In this document: positions 54,001-63,000 of the stretch, one piece after another
Numbering within the stretch: the stretch's first letter is position 1
Layout: every line of letters starts with the position of its first letter
Origin: Candidatus Omnitrophota bacterium
Lineage (GTDB): Bacteria > Omnitrophota > Gorgyraeia > Zapsychrales > Aceulaceae
Length of the DNA stretch: 64,000 nucleotides
Reading direction: 5' to 3'
NCBI GenBank assembly: GCA_029564765.1
Contig: JAKQPK010000029.1
Span: forward strand, 119-64,118
Made by a program: the position numbers and the translations under genes
The notes under the pieces: model-generated
What the model was told of the DNA's origin: nothing
Databases searched by the model: none
What the model saw: the letters and a program-made list of their open reading frames with translations, nothing else

Positions 54001-57000
54001 TCAGCTTGATAGCGAAGTCGCTTCGTATGACATGCTGAAAGTCCTGCTGTCCTGGAAGCTTGAGGAAGAGGCTTATCAAGCGCGTCAGGTCAAAGGGATC
54101 GAGCGTCTTGTTCAAGATACGAAGTTAAGGACGCTAACCTCTCTTTATCTGCAAGGGCCAGAGTCCATGGGGGAAGCCGCTCGGCTTCACGAACAAAATC
54201 AAAGAATTTCTAAGATATATCCCCAATTTCTGCACTCTCGCTTTAAAACAAAAATAGCCATTTTTGATTGGGATGGAACGTTATCGCGTATTCGAGAAGG
54301 ATGGGAGTGGATCCTGTCTCCTTTAGTCGCGGCGATCATTTCTGGAGCCCAATGCCCCATGACGTTTTGGGATGAGGTCGTTCGCGCTGTTTTAAATGAT
54401 GAGCGACGATATGATGCCACGCGCCTGGATGGCGTTGAGGACTTGATCAAGAAAGGTATTCTACGCCAAGAAGATATGGAGTGGGCTTATCAGATAGTCG
54501 AACGGACAAAAGGTTTTACGAACCGGGAACAGATCCTTTTAGCCTACGATGAAGCCATGGCCCGCAATATCAAGATCGAGAATTTTCAATGGGTCCTAGA
54601 TTATTGCCAAGATAAAAGCGGTGCGGCTCCTCCATCGGCAGCTGAAGCCCTGGTCATATTCTTTCTTGATCTAGTTTATCGTTTGCGTAACGACCGCCTT
54701 GCCACCCTTAAAGAAACTAACCTTTCGCCCGCCAAATACCTTTTTCCAAAGACAACCGCTTTCTTAAGCCGCTTACAAGATGAAAATGTTGTGTGCTATA
54801 TCGTGACAGGCTCTGATAAGCGAGGCGTTGAGGAGGAAGTGGCCTTGTTGGGCTTGCGACCTCAGGTCAAGGATATCGTTGGTTTTTCTCTTGAAGGAGG
54901 GAAGGGAGAAAGCAAGGAAGAGATCATGCAGGCTTTAGTGAATCAAGCCATCAAGGAGCGCGTGATCGGGCATACCCAAGAAGTTTTGGTCGTTGGTGAT
55001 GGATGGGCTGAATTGCAGGCGGGTCACAAGATAGGATGCTTAACGGTCGCGATTCGCTCTCGCGAGAATACAGATTCTTTTTCTTTTATAGAGGAGGCCA
55101 AGCCTTGTTTTACGATCAATATTCAGACCGATGGTGTACAGCCTTATGATCTGGCTCTTCGTGAAGCTAGAGATATCTTCGAAGCGCTTCAAAAAGGGAA
55201 GCCAGAACAATGCGCGTGGCTTCCTGATCCGATCCTTTCTTTATCATTAACCAGCAAGGTAGAAGAAAGTTATGCTAGCTTTTTGACTCCCCAGGCGACC
55301 GACGCGGTTTTGCCTCAGGTTTTGCGTCATTTTCCGTTCTCAGAGAACGAGAGTGTTCGCATGGAAACTGTTTATCAGGTATCCGCCCTTAATAACGAAG
55401 ATGTTAACGCGCACGCGCATGATCTTATTCTTTTTAAGATTGGTCATGAAAAATGGATAAAACATTTCGCGGAAATCCTTTCACATCGCATCCGTCAGAT
55501 GATCCCAGATCTCAGCGGGTGGATCTTGGCTTTTCGCAAGTCAACTCCGGAGCACGCCACACAACGACTGGGAGACTATATCGCGGCTAGCTTGGGCGCG
55601 GAGGTGGTTTATTTAGAGCAGAAAAAATGGCCTGTCGGATATGTCTCTATGTCCGCCCAAGAGCGCTATAAGGCTGTGGAGAACTCGACCGTGGTTTTAT
55701 CACCTGAAAAGGTCGCAGGAAAGAAAGTGATCATTATTGATGATGTGATCCATAGCGGCGGCGTGTTAAAAGATTTGGCGCAGACGCTTATAATCCTTAA
55801 AGCGAAAGAAGTTTTTGCCTTTGTACTTTTTGATTCAGGAGACGTTAGTTTTGAGGTTGGCATCTATCCTTTCTTGCAGGCGCATCCTTCCTTGCTTAAA
55901 GAGGCGATCATTGAAAATCAAGGGAGGCTTTCCTTGGGAGGGATCAAGTATTTGATGCAGTTCATCCGCGATTCACGGACAGCTTTTCTACAGGCAACAG
56001 AAGGTCTTTCCCGAGATGTTCGCTATGAGCTTGTCAAACGCAGCTTGCAATATCTTGACATTGTTCCTCGTCAATATGAAAAAGATCTGCTGCACGCGCT
56101 TCTTTCAATCTGGGCTGCGGACATTTATCAAGGACTTTCACTATCAAATAAATTAGAGGTTCTGACAAGCTTGAAAGATGTTGTGTCTCGTGGGATCTTA
56201 GCCAACGGCGAGCGGACATTATTTGTAAGCGCGCAAGAATGGGAGTCTTCTTCAAAAGCGGTCTTCTATGCGTATGTCAAAGGGTATGACTTCCTAGTTT
56301 TTAGGGACAGACGCGCAATGAGCTCTGACGCGACCGAAGAAGCCCTAGAGGCAGCCCGCCTTTTCCATGTTTTTTTAGCAAGTCCTTATTATACAACGTT
56401 GCCGCGTTCCATTTATGCTAAGCAGGAAAACCAAGGGTTCGCGATCGCGAAAGAACAAAAGGATTTTCTAAGCTTTTTAGCTGAGGCCATGAAAAATATC
56501 CGTAATGCGCATAAGGCGAGGATCCTTGAGCTGTCTTTGGGAGCTGCTGAGAACGATGCTCCATCCGCCATACTGAAGGCGTCCAAGGACTATGCGCAGC
56601 AGTGCGCCAAGATCTTTCAGGATGTTTGTGAAAGTTTGATCGATTTTTTAAGGAAGAAAAATATCGCTATTTCCAAGAATGATCTTGCGATCGCCTTTGT
56701 TGGATCCTTAGCTCGCGGCGAGGTGACTGAAGCTTCTGATATTGATTTTGATATTATCGCTAAAGATGAAGAGACCGCTAAGATCATTGAAGGGTCTGTT
56801 GCGTTAGCTCTTACGCATTTTTTAAGGCTGGCCGGATTTGATGTTGGCCCCTCGGATGAATTATATCAGCGCCATATCAAAACCCGTTACGAGCTTAAGA
56901 CGCATAAATTATTTGATGAGCGCATGCGCGCTGAAGACCGCCCAAGCACGCTCATCCGTTTTTGTGATTACACCTTTGCCTGGGGAAACCCGATGATCTT

Positions 57001-60000
57001 TCACGCGTTTACCAAACGGGGTAAGTCAGAGATCCTTTGTCAGCAGGGACCTTGCGTGCTTATGATCGAGCAGGCTGCTAATGAATATATTGATATTGCT
57101 AAAAACGGGCACGGACGTTTTTCGGGGCGCAATTTTATCGTGGCTTATGACACGTTGCGCCGCATTTCCTTTGACGTTAAATGGATCATTAATCTTGTCG
57201 AAATTTCTTTGAAAGAGTTCGTGATCCGTAATCTTCCTTTATTATCGACCGATAAGCATTTTTCTTGGGATAGCTTGCCCAAACAAAAGAGCGCTTTGCT
57301 GACATTTTTTAAAGAACATCATTTTCTCAACGGTATTGATGATCAGGAGATAGAGAAAGTTAAGAACTCCTATGCATGGTTCTTGGAGTATCGACAGCAA
57401 AGAGCCGCGCGGGGAGAACTGAATACAGCTTGCCCGTTTGAACCAGGATTTATCGATCATTTGAACATCCTCGGGCGATTCATCTTGCGTCACATTATTG
57501 CCCAACGGATTAAGCCCGCGATCATTAAAGAGCACAATATTCCTTTTGTGAGCAATGAACTTGGTCAGCAGATCGGAGTGTATATCGGTCATTTTCCCGA
57601 TGGAGAGATCCATTTGTCCTTAGAAAATCCAGACGATGTTAAGGATAGCCATATAAAGGTCATCCACGCCTTAGAAACGAGCCACGACCTTGTCCAGCTT
57701 GTTCTTTTAGCAGGAGCTTTAAAAACCTATCATGCCAAAGAGCTGACCCTTGTGGTTCCTCAAGAGCCTTCGATGTCCCGGCATAACGGCTATCGATATG
57801 TTTTATATTATTATTTTGACCATGTTATGTATCAGGACGGCAAGGATATCCCTCGGCTAGAAATTTTTGACCGCGCACCGTATACACAGGCTGTCCGTTT
57901 CGAGACTGTTTTGTACCAGCATGGGCGTTTTGGTGAGGACGCGCGGGAAGCCGCGGCACGTATTAACATTGATCATGCCAAGATCGACATCGTGAAGATA
58001 GAGGACAATCCTTTATCGTGGCAAGTTTGTCTGCCTTTTGGGCTTAACGGTAAGCACGTCGCGCTGATCCACAGCACAGAAAACACAGAAGATATTGTTG
58101 AGCTGTGGTTCATCCTCGTTGCCTTGCATCGCGCCAATGTTGGCAGCATTTCCTTGATCAATACGTGCGAGGGATATTCGCGGCAGGATAAAATATTTGA
58201 GCATGGACAGGCTGTAAGCGCGAAAACGATCCTGGACGCAACAGATGGATTTTTAAGCGCTCATGCGGCATTTAATATTCATTATGGTAAACAAGTGGGG
58301 TGGGTCGCTCTCAAAGGGCATGACATCCTGAACTTGAACGCCTTTACGGCTATCGCCCAGACCATGATCGATTGGATCATGAAATCTTTCGCTTGCGCGG
58401 CAGAGCTTGTTCAAGAAACACAACGACATCCCATTCTATTGCTTGGCCCTGATGACGGCTCTTTTCCTTATGTGCAAGAAGCGGTGACGGCGATCAAGCG
58501 ACATTTCAGAAAATGGCACGATATAGACCTTGATCTTTATTGCGGTTACCTCGACAAGGTCCGCAAAAGCGGCACAGAGGTTTCTATTCCTGATTATATT
58601 TTAGGGCCTGACGGCCAACGCATCGAACAAATAAATGGTCTGGATGTATCAGAGTGTTGGTGTTTGATCTTGGATGATGAAACAGCTTATGGGTCAACAT
58701 TGTTCGCGGCTACTTATATGTTGGTGCGAAAACTCCGTTTTTCCTGGCAAAGGATCCTCGCGGGCGTTGTGCGTGCTAAGCTTGTGCGCGGGCTTGAGCC
58801 GTTTCTGACGGGCCTCAAGGCGACAGAGCTGTCTTCAGCCAAAGAGCCTGTGGCGGTATACGTCAATGAACAGAAAGAGCACATGCCTCCTCGCGCTTTA
58901 TTTGCAACAGAATCTGTCGCGCTGCCCAAAGAGTTCCCGGAGGATCAAAAGATCCCGATCGGCCCCTTGGTAAGCTATGCGCTGCGGTATTTGCAAGGCG
59001 ATATTCATGAAGGCGACAGCTCTAACGGTCAGAATTTAATTAGCTCTTCCGTCGATATTGCTGGCGCGTGGGAGCGCGCGCAAAATCAAAGAATAGACGC
59101 TGTTCGATCTGCCGTCGCAACCTTAGAACAGGTTCAGGAAAAAATAATCTCGCATTATCCGCAATTTTTGGCGTTCTGGAGCAAGCTTGACACTTTAGAT
59201 ATTTGGTATGACGCATCGGGATTCATCGAGAATACGTTTGATTATATTCCTTCTGAGCTATCTGAAGAGAACATGATCCTTCGCCGTTCGTTTAACGCTA
59301 TTATTCGGGCAGAACAAGCTTTGACCGTTCTTTTTGAATGCGCGACAGCGGATACCCAGCAACAGCTGTACAACGCCTGCAAGGGAAAAACAATGTTGTA
59401 CTTTCCTGCCAGACTTGTCCAACAAGTACAGCGATCAGGCAAGAAAAGCTCCAGCATCCTTAGAGCTTGTTATCATCCGAAGTGCTTTTCGCTCAAAAGA
59501 TATGTGGAGCCTGTTAGCCAGCATGTTTTTTCTTTTGTGTTTTTCTCAGCGACTTTGTGCGTGATCTTTGATCATTGGCTTGTTCTTGCTTTGAGCCTTA
59601 CCTTGGCGATCAGGAATTACGCTTTTCGTGACACAACAGCGTTCTTTCGCAATCGACATGTTCGGGATCCTTTCCAGGACTTCTACGGGAATGTGGTCGG
59701 TGGCTACATCATTCCTGTTCTGAAAAAGCAAGGACGTTCAGCGAGGATCCACTCCGCGGGGGCTTCTGATTTCAAGGAAGCGATCAGCATTGCGATCATG
59801 CTCCATGAAGATTATCAAAAGGACCCAGGATCCTGGGGAAAGATCAATCCTCTTGAACATATCAAGATCTACGCGACGGAATTTGACCCTATCGTGTTTA
59901 AGCGCGGAAAATCTTTTGTTTATTCTTCTGAACAGATCCGACAAGGATTCTCCTTTAGACAACAAGAGAGAAGCTCTTTTGACCAAAGCAAGATCTTCTG

Positions 60001-63000
60001 CCAGAACGAATATTTTGACGAGATAAAGCGCAAAGATGGGACGATCGCGTATCGGCTCAAGCCTTATATTCGTTCAATGATCAGGATCCGACAGCGTAAT
60101 TTAAAGGACGCGCATCCCCGCGATGTCGATGTTGTTTTCTTTTTGCACACCGCTTATCTGATGGGGCCCTGGACGCTGAAGAGAACGATCAAGAATTTCA
60201 TTGACTCTGTACGTCAAGACAGCATTATTGTGGCTTCGTATGGGCACTGCTTCATCAATCCTTTTAGCTTTTTGATCAAAAAACATTTTATTGGCTATGA
60301 CCAGCGATATGTTTTCTCTTCTCGTAATAGCGTAAATCATTATATTTTCCGTTTCAAAGATCAGAAGCCAAGAGCAGCTTATCGCTTTGGATCCGCTGTT
60401 TATGGTCTAAAAAAAGCATCAAACACCTCCGCAGTTTCTTCCTGTCTTTGGCAGGAATTCAGACAGATCGATCATAAATTAAAGACGGAGGTTGAGGAGC
60501 TTTTATGGCTTCGATACGCTCGTCGACAGCTAGGCAAGGTCAGGACGTTTTATGGTCAGTATATTTTTGTTAGGCCGGGAGCTTGCGCAACATCGGAAGA
60601 GGCCGTCGGTATCCAAGATATTTTAGAGGATCTTCGAAACCAAGGTGATACTCAGGCCAGCTTAAGCAGTGCCCGCCACCCTCAAAAACGTGTGATCGCG
60701 GCAAACCTTGAAAAAGTCATGTCCTATCTTCAGACAAACGACACGCGATCGTTGGTCGAGACCATTGGGAACACCATTGATGTGGTTGACGCCAGAGGAA
60801 AAGAGGTTCGAAAGATCATCAAGAATATTTATGAGCGTCAATTGCCGGGGTTACGTGATCGCTTTATTTACATGAACGATCAATACGGATCTCGCATCAC
60901 GAACATCCTTGCGAAGCTTCATGACGGGGATTATCGGACAGCCTGGCAGTATGTTCAGGGATTTTTGAGCTCTCGAGCGCTCGAAGGGTCTTTTAGTGAA
61001 CCGGATTTGACAGGCATGCGTCAGCTGTTAGGCTACGTGGGGTCGCTGTTAAAGGATGGAAAAGATGTTGATGCCGCGAAAAGAAAGCTTGAAGATTTTC
61101 AGGCAGAGGTACAAATAGCACAAGCCGTTCATGATTTTATGTATAGGCTTAGGACCCTCTATGTTGTCCAGGCCTTAGAGCATAAGGGCCTTGACTGGCA
61201 GCAGGCATTTAATTGTGCTTATGATATTTATCTTAAGGAAAAAGGCCTTATTCGTGGATCGCCCAAAGAAGAGATCTTTCGCCTCGCTGTTTTTCGCCCC
61301 GCCTTTATTCCGTTTATGATTGATCATCCCCAAAAAAAGAACCAGCGCCTTATCAATCCTTTCTTCTTAGCTGTAACGAGTCTGATCCAGATCCAGCGAT
61401 CTTTGTCCTTTGATCTTATGTCACGGCATTTCCAGCGCCGCCATCCAGAAACAGCTTCATTATTATCGCAATTTGCCTCTGAGCATAAGCATGTTTTTAC
61501 GGACCTTAGCTTTAAGGATAGGCGTGCTCTTGTTGGGGCTTTGGCGCGTGATCATCAGTTGATCAAGCAGGATGTCCATATGTTCGTCACGATCGCCATT
61601 CCTCGCAAGAGGCATGAGCAGGATCAATATACGCTTATCTCCAAGATCGTTGCGGTAGCTGAAGAGCAGGAAGCGGAGCTGGCAAGGCGGTCTTCTGCGG
61701 ATTCTCAAAAAAAGGGGCAGGATGCCCAACATGAGCGCGTTGTTCGCATGGCCCAGATCATTGAGAACACCATTTTGGATCACTACATTGACGAATATGA
61801 CCGCGGTCTTTTGTGCGCCGTTGGATATATCAAGAATGACAAAGCTTTTCATAGCAACAAGAAAAGTTTTCAGGAGTTGCTCCCTGTGATCGCTGAGCTC
61901 TGTTGCTTGACGGATCCTCAGAAAGCGATCATCACGATCGCTTTCTTGCCGCAAGACCGCGAGGCGGATGATAGGACGGGGAAGGCAGTTTCCAGCGGGC
62001 TTTCTGATCGCTGCAAGGCGTTTCGTGCCCAGCTCGGATTTCTTCTTGTCGATATGATTAGCGTTATCTTTGCTGTCGGCGCTTTGCTTTCTTATGGGAT
62101 TATGAAAATTTTATTCTTTGGCATGAACACCACTGCAAGAACCATACGCTATGTTAATAGAAAAGGTTTTAAGAATGATTGCCACGTGATCTGGTCTTTT
62201 TGGCTGTTAATGGCGTCGATTGTGATCTTGCCCGATATGCTGGTCTCGTTGATCCTGCAGTCCTTAGGTCTTGCTTATTTTTCGATCGCTCTTGTCAGGC
62301 TTGAAGCCCGAGAAGACCAGAAAAAAGCTGAAGCCAAGCTTTTTGACAATCGTCTTTCACGTCTATGGAATGAGCGCATGCAGAAGGGTGGAGTGTTTAG
62401 ATACCGACTTTCATACCCGCAGTATCGGCGAGTTGGAGATTTTATTCTATTCCTGAATCAGGGAAGGGCACGGGCTGAAGAGGAAAAAAAGCGTTCTTTC
62501 GTTGATTGGAGCCCTGTGTTTGAACCGTTCGGCCGCACAGATAATTTTAACCGGATCTACAGAGATCATCCCCATCAGCGGTTATTCACTCAGAGGATCG
62601 GCTTTCAGCGTTTAGTTGTCAATGTTAACCATACACCTTATTTTTCATGCCATTTCCTTTTGATCCCTTCTCCCAAGAAAAATGTTGAGCAGTTCTTGAT
62701 CCTGTCGAACTTAAAAACTATTTATCGTGTTTTTCGTCTTAGCTATGCGGATAATCTATATTTTGGATTTAACAGCAGAGGCGCCTGGGCTTCTATTAAT
62801 CACCTTCATTTCCATGGCATATATTATCCTTTCGGCGTTTTACCCATAGACCAAGCTGTGAGACAAATTGTCGCAAAGGAACAAAGTGTCCGCATATCAA
62901 AAGTTTCCGACTATCCCTTGCGAGGGCTTATTTTTGAGAGTGCCAAGACCAGGCGGTTGATCAAGGCCACGTATTCATTTATTAGTTTTTTACAAAATCA

